Positions 28,701-38,645 of a stretch of DNA of 64,000 nucleotides are shown in pieces. Below the pieces are notes generated by a model that worked only from the letters and a program-made list of their open reading frames with translations, had not been told where the DNA came from and ran no database searches. The stretch comes from a virus (lineage: Duplodnaviria > Caudoviricetes): positions 10,656 to 74,655 of IMG/VR virus record IMGVR_UViG_2903109678_000002, one strand, 5' to 3'. Position numbers and translations under genes: made by a program. How positions within the stretch are numbered: the stretch's first letter is position 1; every line of letters starts with the position of its first letter.

Positions 28701-30958
28701 TCACCTGAACCGGCAGGGAAAGCCCAGGACAGTTTGATATTCCACACAACGTTATCAGATGCCAGAAGGTTCAGCGGTGTACCGGGCTTGCCTACCTTGC
28801 CCGGAAGTGACACAGATTCAGATGTACCCCACGGGGAAGAGATATCCGCCGCATTAACAGAGCGCACCCGTACATCATAAACCCCAGCGTAAATACCCTG
28901 GATAGAAAACCCCTGGGTGCTGGTCTGGCCTACGTTTATCCAGTCACCTTTATCCTTTCGCCACTGCGCTGTGTAGCTAATCGCGCCTTCAACCTTGTCC
29001 CATTGCACCTGCATGGTGGCAACAGTTAATCCCTGGTCGATGTGGTCAACTTCAGTCACAGTGATATTTTTCGGGGCTTGCATCACCGCCGCAGGCGTAA
29101 TGGTGATAGGTGCTGCATCAACTTTCACGCCATCATCAATGTACTGGTACTTGTTTTTGTCGTGTTGAACGCCGGTTACAGTGAATGTTCCGTCATCGTT
29201 TGAGGCGATAGAGGTAATGCGGAAATACTGGATAGCCAGATTATCACTGTCAATTGCCCACACGCCGCCTGCTACGGGTTGCTGCCGGAAAGCAGTGGTC
29301 ACTGTTACCGTTTTCTTGTCAGCACTTACCGCGCCGATTGTTCGCGTCTGCGCCGTGCCGTCAGGAAGGTTAAGCACCAGCCGGTCACCAGATGCGTAGT
29401 TGATCGCGCGATCAAGGGTTACGTTCAGCCCGTTCACCGCGCTAATTCGCCCGCCGTTCTGCTTGCCAGCCCGATAAGGGTCAGCCACGCCAATGATTTC
29501 AGCCGGAAGTGGTATATACCCATCCAGGCCAACGCCAAAAGAGATCGTTCCGTCTTTGGCATTAGAGAGCAGCAGCCACCGGCCACGGCGATGAGCCTCA
29601 CTTTGAGAGGTGCAGCCAATAGCGGTGAGCTGGGTTTCATTGACGCCATAACGCTCGACTAAGTCTTTGTCATAGACCGCTTCAGGAGTATCGCTGTAGT
29701 TGTTCTGTGGGTCAGACCAGGAGACTTGGCATGAGGTGTAACGGTTCTTGTAAGAGCCGCCAGCGTAAGTAAATAGCCCATCAATAACGTTTGACGCATG
29801 ATAAACAAAATCGACGTCATCCTGCGGGGCATCAGCACGCACATAAATCTGGTCGTTACCCCAGAAGGTAATACCGCGAAATATCGCCGCAATGTCCTTC
29901 AGGACGGTATACGCATCTTCCTGGCTCTGGATGTAGGCATTACAGGTAAAACGAGGCTCCTTGCCACCAGCTCCGTCTGACACCATGTCATCACAGTACT
30001 GTGCGATGGTGTACAGCTCCCATTTATCAATCATGGAAGCATCAACGCGGTTCCCCATCCCGTAAATTTTATCCAGCACCAGATCGTAGAAAATCCACGC
30101 CGGGTTGTTGGTATAAGCCCACTTGAAACTACCCGTCCAGGTGCCGGTGTACGTGCGGGTGTTAGGGTCATAATTATCTGGAACCCGAACCAGCTTTCCT
30201 TTGTATTTACAGGTGGTTTTCGGCACAGAGCCGTTAAACTGGCTGGCATCCAATTCCAGAAAGAGCAAGGCTGTATTCGGGTAGCGTAACTTGCTGTCGA
30301 TCACTTCCGCATAACTGAACACCTTGAAGGCGTTAACCAACTTAGTGGCCGATGTCGAATCAGCAGTGATACGGCGTACCCGGATTGACCAGCCCGAGGT
30401 GGCCTTGGGTAAATCGATGCGGTGATCGCGCTGGTATTCCGATGTGGTTTTGCCGCTAAACACGCCTTCAACTACAATCTGCCAGGCCGCGCCATCGGTG
30501 GATAACTCGATAACGTATTGGGTTGAGGTACCAACCATGTCGCCGTTATCTTTGTACTGATATTGAGCAGGCAGGCTTAGCTTAATACGTACGGCATCAA
30601 GGGAAAGATTGGTGTACTGGTGCGTCCAGGGAGAGGCCTGTTTGACCTCAAGTCCAACAGCCAGCTCGTTATCAACCTCTGGCATGCCCTGAATGTATTC
30701 CTGATCCTGCGTGCCGGTACGGTATTCCCATTTAACGCCGGTAAAGTTATACGTGCCGTCATCGTTTGCCAGCGGCGTATCGCCGAGGAAAATATTTTGT
30801 GCCGTTAAATCGCCCTGGATTTCGCCTTCACCCAAAGCAATCAGAAGCTTTAGCTTTGCCGTGGAGAGCAAATCATCTGGCTGTTCGGTGGGCGTCTGCG
30901 CACTCTGACTGCCCCCTTTGCTCCCCCGGATAATGGTGGCACCGTCAAGAAGTCGCAT
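25790..30958 (-). CDS. Central tail fibre / host specificity protein J
   Basis: 1722 aa; GEGEI.G, YPNTAL, TNNPAWIFYDL, EPRFTCN, FN3 region, coiled-coil repeats, C-terminal AGMGIG..FLADRF. Confidence 0.95.
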   Translation of the reverse strand: MRLLDGATIIRGSKGGSQSAQTPTEQPDDLLSTAKLKLLIALGEGEIQGDLTAQNIFLGDTPLANDDGTYNFTGVKWEYRTGTQDQEYIQGMPEVDNELAVGLEVKQASPWTHQYTNLSLDAVRIKLSLPAQYQYKDNGDMVGTSTQYVIELSTDGAAWQIVVEGVFSGKTTSEYQRDHRIDLPKATSGWSIRVRRITADSTSATKLVNAFKVFSYAEVIDSKLRYPNTALLFLELDASQFNGSVPKTTCKYKGKLVRVPDNYDPNTRTYTGTWTGSFKWAYTNNPAWIFYDLVLDKIYGMGNRVDASMIDKWELYTIAQYCDDMVSDGAGGKEPRFTCNAYIQSQEDAYTVLKDIAAIFRGITFWGNDQIYVRADAPQDDVDFVYHASNVIDGLFTYAGGSYKNRYTSCQVSWSDPQNNYSDTPEAVYDKDLVERYGVNETQLTAIGCTSQSEAHRRGRWLLLSNAKDGTISFGVGLDGYIPLPAEIIGVADPYRAGKQNGGRISAVNGLNVTLDRAINYASGDRLVLNLPDGTAQTRTIGAVSADKKTVTVTTAFRQQPVAGGVWAIDSDNLAIQYFRITSIASNDDGTFTVTGVQHDKNKYQYIDDGVKVDAAPITITPAAVMQAPKNITVTEVDHIDQGLTVATMQVQWDKVEGAISYTAQWRKDKGDWINVGQTSTQGFSIQGIYAGVYDVRVRSVNAADISSPWGTSESVSLPGKVGKPGTPLNLLASDNVVWNIKLSWAFPAGSGDTSTTEIQQATTADGQNPQLLVSVAYPSTSYQHGPMAAGVRRWYRARLVDRIGNAGDWTGWVQGVTSTDTGALLNDITEAVMNSETGKALVERITSVESDVSGLDSAVDQAQADIKSARDDLSTAKTDIQQNKTDIKAARDDLSSAKIDIQQNKTDIKAARDDLDLAREQVNTSLTGINNNISDVNTRVTNVNNDIQQKINTITGGSSQSIATVVSQVETLQANDQSMSTRLDAVVAKSDGNATAIATEQTARANADSALGTRIDTITTQTGNNSAAITALQNAQTTTDNSLAEFSRVTSAKFDAGAAADIENALSTDKNAQQQRETSGKLSARITQSEQAQADDREAFAVYRQSVEARFDSTGSDIADVSAQVLSEQGARASADDALSSRVDAVTATAAGNAASIVSEAKARADADQGLTEMVMAVSAKTDSNAASINTEITARTDADSALAKRIDTVTASTGANATAITTEQTARANADTALGQRITDVKTTTDSNTARLTTVEKAVTDNQSATVKRLDSLDASVGNNASAIATEQTARADGDTALGKRIDTVSASTSSNTSAITTEQTARANADTALGKRIDTVEASAGSNATAITTEQTARANADTALGQRITDVKATTDNNTSRLTTVEKAVTDNQSATTTRLNSLDASVASNATAITTEQTARANADTALGTRIDSVKTSTDGNTASIGLLQTAQTTTDQALATLTQSTEAYFDASAMADIENALANDKDAQNQRAAAGVIRARVTQAEKAQADANQAFASYQREITVQFDNNSARVSTLEQAQSDSSQAFAQFQQTTTAQLNTFTASIQQNASAISAVDGKVSAQYNVKVQVDQNGVLYAAGMGIGMENGPNGMQSTVAFLADRFVIMSQVGTTPKAFFALQNGQAIMDTAFIGDATIGRGKITDTLQSDNFVSGMTGLSINFKTGVFENNGYVAGQGRMTWSNNRLVGYDASGNVVFILGQQ

Positions 30959-31010
30959 ATTTCACCCATAAAAAAAGCCACCCGGAGGTGGCTTAGAAAA
31001 GTTGAAAAAA

Positions 31011-31655
31011 TTATTGCTGGTCGCTGGAGAAAATACCGGCGCTGATTATCGCCCCGCCGTTTTCCCGCTCGCCATAAGCAACAGGAACGGGGTAGCCCAT
31101 TGCTACCGTATTCACCGGGGAACCAAAGGCATAGTTCGGCTTGTTGTCGGCACTAGAAGATGATCCAACACTGTAGCCTGGCTGCGGCGTCAGCAAGCCG
31201 ACTACACCACCGAGCATCATAGAGAGGCCCATACCAGTCAACGCTGTAGCCGCCAGCGCAGCACCGCCAGTAAGCGCGGCTGCACCTGTCCCCACACCGA
31301 GCGTGGCACCCCAGACTCCAAGGGATGCGCCAGCCGTAAAGAACGCAGCAACGAGTGCCGCAGAACCAATAACTATCTGCAATAGCCCAGCACTTTTACT
31401 TCCTTCAATGACCGATACCATCCGGTACTCATTTGCACCGTTGGACATGTCGAACTCTGGAAGCGTGATGTTGTGCTTATCACTGTAGAAGGCAAAGCGA
31501 ATGCCGTTTAGGTGGGCATTAGAAACATACTTTTTAAAGCCCGGTACAGTGGTACACATTGCCCGGAGCATCTCGCGCAGGTCAGCAACTTGATAGCGAT
31601 GCGTCTTGCCAAATTTCTTTGCAAGTGCTCCACCGAGCGTTAAGGTTTTAAGCAT
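31011..31655 (-). CDS. Tail assembly protein I
   Basis: LGGALAKKFG, GSKSAGLLQIV, NYAFGSPVNT.AMGYPVPVAYG. Confidence 0.92.
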   Translation of the reverse strand: MLKTLTLGGALAKKFGKTHRYQVADLREMLRAMCTTVPGFKKYVSNAHLNGIRFAFYSDKHNITLPEFDMSNGANEYRMVSVIEGSKSAGLLQIVIGSAALVAAFFTAGASLGVWGATLGVGTGAAALTGGAALAATALTGMGLSMMLGGVVGLLTPQPGYSVGSSSSADNKPNYAFGSPVNTVAMGYPVPVAYGERENGGAIISAGIFSSDQQ

Positions 31656-32367
31656 TCATCAGCTCCTTGTGCCTGACGATTCTCACTGTCCGATCCCGAT
31701 GGTATGAACCATATGGGATGCGCGTTGAAAGCTGGCCGGACAGATGATGAAGAATGATATTTTCACCGAGATAAACCGCTGCGTGATTGGTCACGGAAGA
31801 CTGGAGCCGCATCATGATGATGTCGCCGTGGCGAAGATCGGAGGTTGAGATTTCAGCAAACCCCTCCTTCTCCCAGTTGTCATCGTAAAGCGCCTCTTTC
31901 CCGTCAATCCACCACTCGAGGGGTACGGAATAATCACCGAGCGCCAGCGAAAACTCCCGGCTGTAATATTCCTTAATCAAGCTCCAGCAGTCGGCATAGC
32001 CGATAACCCACGGCCTGCCGGTATAGTCTCGATCAACTCTTGGGGACAGCGTGCAAAAGTCACCATCAGGCCAGGACATGATCCCCCACTCAACACCAGA
32101 CCAGTCACACTGAATTCGGTCCATCTCGGAGGGAATAAGCTGCACCACGTCCGGGTGAGAATGGATAATCATCAGCACTTCCCCCAACGCCTCCGCTGCG
32201 GTGAAGTCTTCCGGGGCCAGGGTAAAATTTTCCGTTGGCACTTCCGCCGTATTGCGACAGGGAATGTACTGTTGCGCCCTGCCGTTCTGCACAATCACGC
32301 CGCAAGCCTCATTCGGATAAGCGGCGGCTACATGCTGCTGGATAGCCTCAAGCACCTTTTTACGCAT
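31648..32367 (-). CDS. Tail assembly protein K (JAB + NlpC/P60)
   Basis: YPNEACG, HSHPD..PSEMD, DCWSL, NHAAVYLG. Confidence 0.93.
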   Translation of the reverse strand: MRKKVLEAIQQHVAAAYPNEACGVIVQNGRAQQYIPCRNTAEVPTENFTLAPEDFTAAEALGEVLMIIHSHPDVVQLIPSEMDRIQCDWSGVEWGIMSWPDGDFCTLSPRVDRDYTGRPWVIGYADCWSLIKEYYSREFSLALGDYSVPLEWWIDGKEALYDDNWEKEGFAEISTSDLRHGDIIMMRLQSSVTNHAAVYLGENIILHHLSGQLSTRIPYGSYHRDRTVRIVRHKELMNA

Positions 32368-32368
32368 G

Positions 32369-33106
32369 CTATTTCCCCTGAAGATTTGCTGCGGGGAAGC
32401 CACCGAATGGCAACGGTTGATCGCTGCCAAATCGAGACTTACAGTCACTTAGCCTCCCGCCGCAAACATCTAACGCCGGGTTATCAGTTTCAGTTCCATC
32501 CTTCAGGAAGTAATTGCTGCCTGCATAATCACAGCCGGTTCCGCTTCTGTACCATCCGCGCATGCACCAGGTGCAAACAGGCGTTATCTGCCGGGAGGGT
32601 AATTGCAGGCTCTGGACGTCAAACGGAGAGCACAATTCAAAATCTACCTGAATGCGCGTCTCGGTCGATTTGGCATTCACATAGAACAGTTGCACTCTCT
32701 CTTCAGTAGGTGATGCTGTCGGATTGCCTGAAGTCCAGTTCGCGGCGTCCAGATATTTCGCCATCGTGGTGCGGATTCGAACCTTGGCTTTAACGAGATC
32801 GTCGTATTGCAGGCACAACGCGCTGACGTACCCACCAATGTCGCCAACAGACAGAGTTGGCGTGGGCTGTGAACCCGTGCTGGAAAGCTCAACACTTTTC
32901 AGCTCATAGGGATGAGGATCGTACTGATTGCCCTGCCAGATAATGGCCGGCAAATTCTCTTGAGCAAAGGCGGCCCAGCCCTCTGTAGGGAGGTTGTAGG
33001 CGTGGAAACGTAAAACATCTGGCATGCCAAATTCAGTACCATCAACCTCAATAAGCTGAATTAACTGACCGGCCTCCAGTTGTTGCAAATCTCGCGTCAG
33101 ACTCAT
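32369..33106 (-). CDS. Minor tail protein L
   Basis: CTWCMRGWYRSGTGCDY...DVCGGRLSDCK.RFG...PFGGFP. Confidence 0.93.
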   Translation of the reverse strand: MSLTRDLQQLEAGQLIQLIEVDGTEFGMPDVLRFHAYNLPTEGWAAFAQENLPAIIWQGNQYDPHPYELKSVELSSTGSQPTPTLSVGDIGGYVSALCLQYDDLVKAKVRIRTTMAKYLDAANWTSGNPTASPTEERVQLFYVNAKSTETRIQVDFELCSPFDVQSLQLPSRQITPVCTWCMRGWYRSGTGCDYAGSNYFLKDGTETDNPALDVCGGRLSDCKSRFGSDQPLPFGGFPAANLQGK

Positions 33107-33179
33107 AAGCGACCCAATAAAAAAGGCCGCATACGCGACCTGACTGGAAAGGATAGTAATTTAAGCTGTAGTGACTTAA

Positions 33180-33521
33180 TTACGGCGAAGGTGCCTCAAG
33201 GAAGGTAAAGCTGATATCTACAAATACACCCGTTGTGAAGTTAGGGGTGATCGAGTCTTTCTTAACGCGATAGAGCTTTTTTTCACCCCATGGATTTTCC
33301 CACCAGAATGAAGTGATCACATGGTCTTTCAGAAAACTTCTCACCTGTTTCATTTCGGTGATATCGCCGTTACATGAGAGCGTCCAGGTTTCGATTGCGG
33401 CGTTAATTCCGGCGCTGGCTATCTGACTGTAACCATCCCCGAACTGCGCAGACAAAGCCGCAACACTCAACTGCTCTTCTGCACCGATACGTACAGCCCA
33501 GCTAAATGTGTCGATTGCCAT
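33180..33521 (-). CDS. Minor tail protein M (distal tail)
   Basis: QFGDGYSQ...GIN...FLKDH...FWWENP. Confidence 0.9.
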   Translation of the reverse strand: MAIDTFSWAVRIGAEEQLSVAALSAQFGDGYSQIASAGINAAIETWTLSCNGDITEMKQVRSFLKDHVITSFWWENPWGEKKLYRVKKDSITPNFTTGVFVDISFTFLEAPSP

Positions 33522-33565
33522 AAAAATCTCCAGACGAAAAAAAACCACCCGAAGGTGGTTATTTA

Positions 33566-33793
33566 CTACAGGCCAGCTTTCTTTCTGGCCTCTTCAAGAT
33601 ATCCTTCGGCGGATTTATCAAGATTAACTTTAGATCCGTTATCTGGTCCGGTTAGCTGTGATAGTTTCTCGTTAATTGACTCTAAGAGCTGAACTTGACG
33701 ATTGGCTCTCACACTTGCGCGGTTCATGAAATACCAAAAAACAAAAGATATAACCATGAAAATAAGATAAACAACAAAACCTGCTGCGGCCAC
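33566..33793 (-). CDS. YebO-like small membrane protein (moron)
   Basis: One TM helix then WYFMNRASVRANRQVQLLE; AT-rich; terminator AACCACC-TTCG-GGTGGTT at ~33537-33560. Confidence 0.7.
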   Translation of the reverse strand: MAAAGFVVYLIFMVISFVFWYFMNRASVRANRQVQLLESINEKLSQLTGPDNGSKVNLDKSAEGYLEEARKKAGL

Positions 33794-33848
33794 TTGTAAC
33801 TCCCTCTAACATTTGGAGTCACAACCTTAACACTTGTTTGCTGCTGGA

Positions 33849-36800
33849 TCACCTGTTGTATAAAATCCCACCTGGAGACATTTCTTTTTTCAATAAGTCG
33901 GTAAACTTACTCTGTATTACAGCGCTTAATTGTTTTTGTATCGCACCAACACCAGAAGGGTTTGAACTACCGCTATCTGGCTGAGTTAAATTGACCGGGG
34001 CATAGACACTTATTGATGGGCTTGCCTGATTAGATGCGGTGTTAACTTTCGATGAATACTGTGCTTTTCCACCGACGGCCCCACCATCTGCATAACCTCG
34101 CATCATGCCATAAAGGTTATCAACCCCAATCCGTTGAGTCGCCTCTTTGGTAAAGACAAACTCTCCTTTATGAACAATTCCGGCTGGGTCGTACTTCCCG
34201 CCAACTCCTGTAAATCCACCACCATCATAAGCTGCAAAACTTGTGGACAAGCCCATAGCCCCAACGCCACCAGTCGAGGCAGCAGCGCCAGATGCGACCC
34301 CGCCAATGCTGCTAGTTATACCCCCTATAAGTCCACCTAATAGTGATCCCCCTGATTGCTTTAGCGTATTCACAATCGTCATTTGCAAAGCAACTTTCGC
34401 GAGCATCTGAAGTACGGATAAGCCCCATGACTTCCAGTCAGCTTTGCTACCAATTAGCATTGAAGACATGTTGTCCAGGGCGCTATCCATAGTGGATGTG
34501 ATGGCTGTGGCAACTGTTCCGGCCACGTTGCCAGCGCTATCAAGCCAGTTCTGGTAGCCCTTCGATACGCCGCTGAGCCAGTTACCCTCTGTTGCTGCTA
34601 TCGCTTGGTACTTTTTATCGAGGGCATCTAATGCCTGATTGCGTGCTGCAATCGCGGCAGTCCCTTTGTCCGTTTTATCGAAGGTTCGGCCAATTTGCTG
34701 AGTTTCATCGTATCTCTGTTTTTGGCGATCGCTAAGGCTGGCCGTTTCTACTGTCAGCGCTCCCTCATCCTTGAGCCTGCGAGCTGCTTCACGTAAATCT
34801 TTTAACGCCTCCACCTGATCACGCTGTTTTTTAATATTTTCTTCTGCCCTTTGCGTCCAGATCGCCAGTTCAGCCGAAGAATCTCTTATCGCTTTACGCT
34901 GCTCCTCAGTCCACTTTGCCCCTGTTTGGTGAGTTGCGGCGTAAAGCTCAGAAGCTTTTTCTCCCTCAGATGCGCGGACTTTTTGCACCTCAGTGGCCAC
35001 GCTTAAATCTGCCATCTTGCGAGCATAATTTTCCGCCTGCGAAGCGGCTTCTTTTTCCGCTTTATTTTGAGCGTTTGTTGATTTAGTTAATTCTTTCTTA
35101 GAATCAGCGATATTCTGAGTACTTATTGCGCCGCTATCCATATCACTGATGTATTTATTATAATAAACACCAGTCAAGCCAAGGTCTTGTGCTTCATACA
35201 CTCTTTGCTGGTGGAGCTTTTCAAGACCATCAAGCGCACCTAATACGCGCTCTCTTTCCGCCTTTTGCAAAGCTTGTTGTTGTTTCTGGTTTAACCCTGA
35301 ATAATCGAGCACAGGGCCAGTATAGGTTCCAAGATGGGAGCGCTGTTCAATCAGGTTGTTTCCCAATGACATTAAGCGGTTAAATTCGCTGTGTTGCCCG
35401 TTCATCATTACCAGTGACTGGTAAGCCGCGTTTTGCTCAGCAGCCTGCTGTCTGATTAGATCAATGCGGCGATTTTCAAGGGTGGTAAGAGCAGACTGAA
35501 CATCCTGTGATTTAGCCTGCATTTGATAAAGCCTTTCCTGCTCCACTGCCAGAGAGGAAGTCGATTTATCAAGTCCATTGGTCGCATCGGAAAGACTGAT
35601 CAGATGGTTAACCAGAAACCCTCCAATGCTAGGGCCGGGGTTGGACAGTATCTGCTGATACCCCTGCACTTCGCTTTTAAGCTCGCTTACCTTTCTTGCT
35701 TGCTCATCTACCAGACGATTCTGCTCATTAAGTGAGGCTTTGGTCTGAAATGCGTTGTCGGAAACTTCCGGCAAACTCATTTTTGGTAGAGCGCTTTTAA
35801 CCTGCTCTAACGTTTTTATGTATTCCCGCGCTGACTCTCTCGCCTGCTCCTGGTTTTGATACATCGCATACCAGGCGCCAGCCCCCAGCATCACGAGGCC
35901 AGGAACACCACCGATAAGGCCTAGCGCGCCCCCAAGAAGACGCGATCCAACAGATGTTACATTGTTGAGGTTATTTTGAGCTGCAACACGGTTTGCCAGA
36001 TTACCATTCAGACTTGCTTGAGCTGCGGCCAATCGACGTTCTGCCGCAGCCTGCGCATCAGCATTCTTTGCCGAAACTAACGCAGCCTGGGCACGATCAA
36101 GTGCGGTTCGCGCTCTTCCCTTCTCCGTAGCCGTGCCGCTCGCTAGTGCAGCGTTGAGCCGCGTTTGTGCGGCAGTCACTTTCGCATCTGCTGCTGCGAC
36201 TCTCTCCTGCTGAGCTGCTTGAACCTCGGCACTACGCGCAGCTTGCAGCCCCTGCTGTGCTCGATAAACTGCTGCACGTGAAGCAGCTACGGCTGAAGCC
36301 GCAGCCTTCTCCTGTGCGGCAGCAAGTGCGACCTCAGATTTAGCCGCAGCTATCAGAGAAGTAGTGGCACCGGTTGCGCTCGATACGACCCCGCCAAGAT
36401 ATTTTGCTAGCCCAACACCTACCAGAGCACCAGCTACAGTTGTGATGGTTGACATGTTATTGGCAACATCATTTAGCGTGCCGCTAACAGCAGAGGCTGT
36501 GAATGAATCAATAGCTCCCGCCAATCCTGTCACGCCACCAGAAAGCGCCTGGGTTGCCCCGGTGGCATTGTTGATATTGCCTACCCAGGCCATGAAGGAG
36601 TTGCTAACCTTTTGCATGGCCCCTGAAACGGTCTGCGGCATTGCCGCAAACTCCTTTTGCAGGGTCCCAAGCTGGTTAATCAGCGCAGGAACTACCTTAT
36701 CAATCGTAAGCTGCCCCTGATCGGCCATCCCTTTGAGGTCTTTACGTGCAACCCCCATACCAGCAGCCAGTGCCCTGATAACGCGATCACCTGCCTCGTT

Positions 36801-37373
36801 GACTGCGTTAAACTCTTCACCACGCAAAACGCCCTGCGCAAGTGCCTGGCTGAACTGAGTAATAACGGAGCCTGATTCCTCTGTGCTTGCGCCAGAGAGT
36901 TTCAGGCCAGTACTGAGCGCCTCTGTGATTTTAAGTACATCATCAGAGCTGTAGCCATACTCTCGCATTGATGCAGCAGCACGCGAGAACAAGTTGGCGT
37001 TATCTACAAACGCCGTTCCTGTCGCCTGGCTGATTGCCATTAGCTTGCGCTGCGAAGCCGCAAAGTCCTCAGTTGATGAAGATGCCTGACGCATGCGGGC
37101 ATTCACAGAAGTCCATTCATCGGCAATAGCAATGATTTCACCGGTAGCAAACGCAGCCGCAGCGGCCGCTGCCGCGCGCCCTGCGGAAGCGAAACCACTG
37201 GTTAAATCGGATAATGCTCTTTCGCTTTCTTTGGCCGCTGCGGCGGCCTGACGGCCACCATTTTCCATGGTGCGGTAGTAGTCCTGCCCCATGCGTGATG
37301 CTCGGGCAATTTCCGTTTGAAAGGAGCTGGAATTTGCGGAGATTTTGATAATTAGTTCGCGCAGCGTAGCCAT
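33849..37373 (-). CDS. Phage tail tape measure protein
   Basis: MATLRELIIKISA, QFSQALAQGVLRGEEFNAV, C-terminal GGFTG.GGKYDPAGIVHKGEFV. Confidence 0.95.
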   Translation of the reverse strand: MATLRELIIKISANSSSFQTEIARASRMGQDYYRTMENGGRQAAAAAKESERALSDLTSGFASAGRAAAAAAAAFATGEIIAIADEWTSVNARMRQASSSTEDFAASQRKLMAISQATGTAFVDNANLFSRAAASMREYGYSSDDVLKITEALSTGLKLSGASTEESGSVITQFSQALAQGVLRGEEFNAVNEAGDRVIRALAAGMGVARKDLKGMADQGQLTIDKVVPALINQLGTLQKEFAAMPQTVSGAMQKVSNSFMAWVGNINNATGATQALSGGVTGLAGAIDSFTASAVSGTLNDVANNMSTITTVAGALVGVGLAKYLGGVVSSATGATTSLIAAAKSEVALAAAQEKAAASAVAASRAAVYRAQQGLQAARSAEVQAAQQERVAAADAKVTAAQTRLNAALASGTATEKGRARTALDRAQAALVSAKNADAQAAAERRLAAAQASLNGNLANRVAAQNNLNNVTSVGSRLLGGALGLIGGVPGLVMLGAGAWYAMYQNQEQARESAREYIKTLEQVKSALPKMSLPEVSDNAFQTKASLNEQNRLVDEQARKVSELKSEVQGYQQILSNPGPSIGGFLVNHLISLSDATNGLDKSTSSLAVEQERLYQMQAKSQDVQSALTTLENRRIDLIRQQAAEQNAAYQSLVMMNGQHSEFNRLMSLGNNLIEQRSHLGTYTGPVLDYSGLNQKQQQALQKAERERVLGALDGLEKLHQQRVYEAQDLGLTGVYYNKYISDMDSGAISTQNIADSKKELTKSTNAQNKAEKEAASQAENYARKMADLSVATEVQKVRASEGEKASELYAATHQTGAKWTEEQRKAIRDSSAELAIWTQRAEENIKKQRDQVEALKDLREAARRLKDEGALTVETASLSDRQKQRYDETQQIGRTFDKTDKGTAAIAARNQALDALDKKYQAIAATEGNWLSGVSKGYQNWLDSAGNVAGTVATAITSTMDSALDNMSSMLIGSKADWKSWGLSVLQMLAKVALQMTIVNTLKQSGGSLLGGLIGGITSSIGGVASGAAASTGGVGAMGLSTSFAAYDGGGFTGVGGKYDPAGIVHKGEFVFTKEATQRIGVDNLYGMMRGYADGGAVGGKAQYSSKVNTASNQASPSISVYAPVNLTQPDSGSSNPSGVGAIQKQLSAVIQSKFTDLLKKEMSPGGILYNR

Positions 37374-37401
37374 ATATCACCCTTAAATACCGCCGCAGCG
37401 G

Positions 37402-37671
37402 TTACTCAATTAATCCACCCATCCATGTTTCAAGGCCGCTTTTTTCCCGATCCTCTTCCTGTTGCCCCCACTTAACCAGCAATTCATCTATCGTCGCTTT
37501 GCCACCCTGCGAATTAATGACTGCTGCCGATATCTGTGCAGACTGAACATCCCCCCGCCAGTCTCCTATTGGGCTGAGTTGATCGTAGGTGATCCACATT
37601 TTCAGCTCACTGGCCGTCAGGGTCTGGTGTAATTCATGGAGAGTGCGCCCCAGCCGGAGCGCCAATGACAT
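37402..37671 (-). CDS. Tail assembly chaperone gpT-like (frameshift extension)
   Basis: LALRLGRTLHEL...SPIGDWRGD; the -1 frame is open from G-GCA-AAG at the end of the upstream chaperone. Confidence 0.8.
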   Translation of the reverse strand: MSLALRLGRTLHELHQTLTASELKMWITYDQLSPIGDWRGDVQSAQISAAVINSQGGKATIDELLVKWGQQEEDREKSGLETWMGGLIE

Positions 37672-37694
37672 GAGAAAGAAAGTCAGCGGCTGTT

Positions 37695-38087
37695 TTACTT
37701 TGCCTCCGCGTTTTCCTGGCTCATGGTTAATTTAAGCGCCTTTGATAAAAGGCGAGAATGTACCGGCCCATATGAATCTGACACAATACTTTCATCTTCA
37801 TCGCTAAATACCCGGTTGCCGTTTTCATCCAACAACACGTCCATAAACATCAATACATCAGCCCTTTTATTACGCTGATACTCTTGGGTGTGGCTCAGCT
37901 TTGGAGGTTCTTCACCTTCAGGTAGGTCAGGAGACATAATTTCACGGAATTTAACCCACGATTCAGCAGAGGGTTCACGCACAGTTACTTGAGCGTTGTC
38001 CCATTCTGCTACAGAGATTATCGTGGTTCGGAATGAACTAGACTTGGCGAGCGCCAGACTACGAATAGAATTGTTAACCTCAGACAT
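37695..38087 (-). CDS. Tail assembly chaperone gpG-like
   Basis: VAEWDNAQVTVREPS...YGPVHSRLL; ends GCA AAG TAA (probable -1 shift site). Confidence 0.85.
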   Translation of the reverse strand: MSEVNNSIRSLALAKSSSFRTTIISVAEWDNAQVTVREPSAESWVKFREIMSPDLPEGEEPPKLSHTQEYQRNKRADVLMFMDVLLDENGNRVFSDEDESIVSDSYGPVHSRLLSKALKLTMSQENAEAK

Positions 38088-38121
38088 TTTTTTATTTTCC
38101 TGATGGTGAGATTTTAATTAA

Positions 38122-38592
38122 TTAGCTTGCATCAGCAGCGATGGTTTTCAGTTTTCCTTTAACTCGCAGGGAGTACGTTGAAGCAACTACGCTTGATGTA
38201 GTGGCAGACCAAGTGCTTTGGCGAACCTCAATCAATGCGTAGTAGCCATTTCCTGAAGGGAAGACAATCTTCAGCGCGCGCATTTCGTCATTATCGTAGG
38301 CTTCTTGCAACGCCTGCTGTGCAGCTTCAGAACCAACCCAGTTACGGGTAATGCTCATTTCTGCTGCCGCTGCCAGCCCGTTAGTTTGTTCGACTTCCGT
38401 TGAGCAAAGTGTGGTGGTTTCGATATCCGCCTTTTGACCGCCGGTATAAGAGATTTCTTTTGTGGCACAGGATGCATCCAGCCAGGTGATTCCAGCGGCG
38501 GGGAATCCAGCGCTTTTGAAGTCTTCTTGAGTTACTGGGGCAGAAGATACCGAAAATGACATACCCTGCGTTTTTTCAAATTTACTAGTCAT
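38122..38592 (-). CDS. Major tail tube protein
   Basis: MTSKFEKTQG...GGQKADIETTTLCSTE.EQTNGL. Confidence 0.88.
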   Translation of the reverse strand: MTSKFEKTQGMSFSVSSAPVTQEDFKSAGFPAAGITWLDASCATKEISYTGGQKADIETTTLCSTEVEQTNGLAAAAEMSITRNWVGSEAAQQALQEAYDNDEMRALKIVFPSGNGYYALIEVRQSTWSATTSSVVASTYSLRVKGKLKTIAADAS

Positions 38593-38645
38593 GTTTTCTC
38601 CAGACATAAAAAAACCGCCATTTGGCGGTGTGGTACTGAGGTTAT

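Noticed and set aside
37680-37710. Apparent frame break between tail chaperone ORFs
   Set aside because: Expected programmed -1 frameshift (gpG/gpGT), not a pseudogene and not novel.
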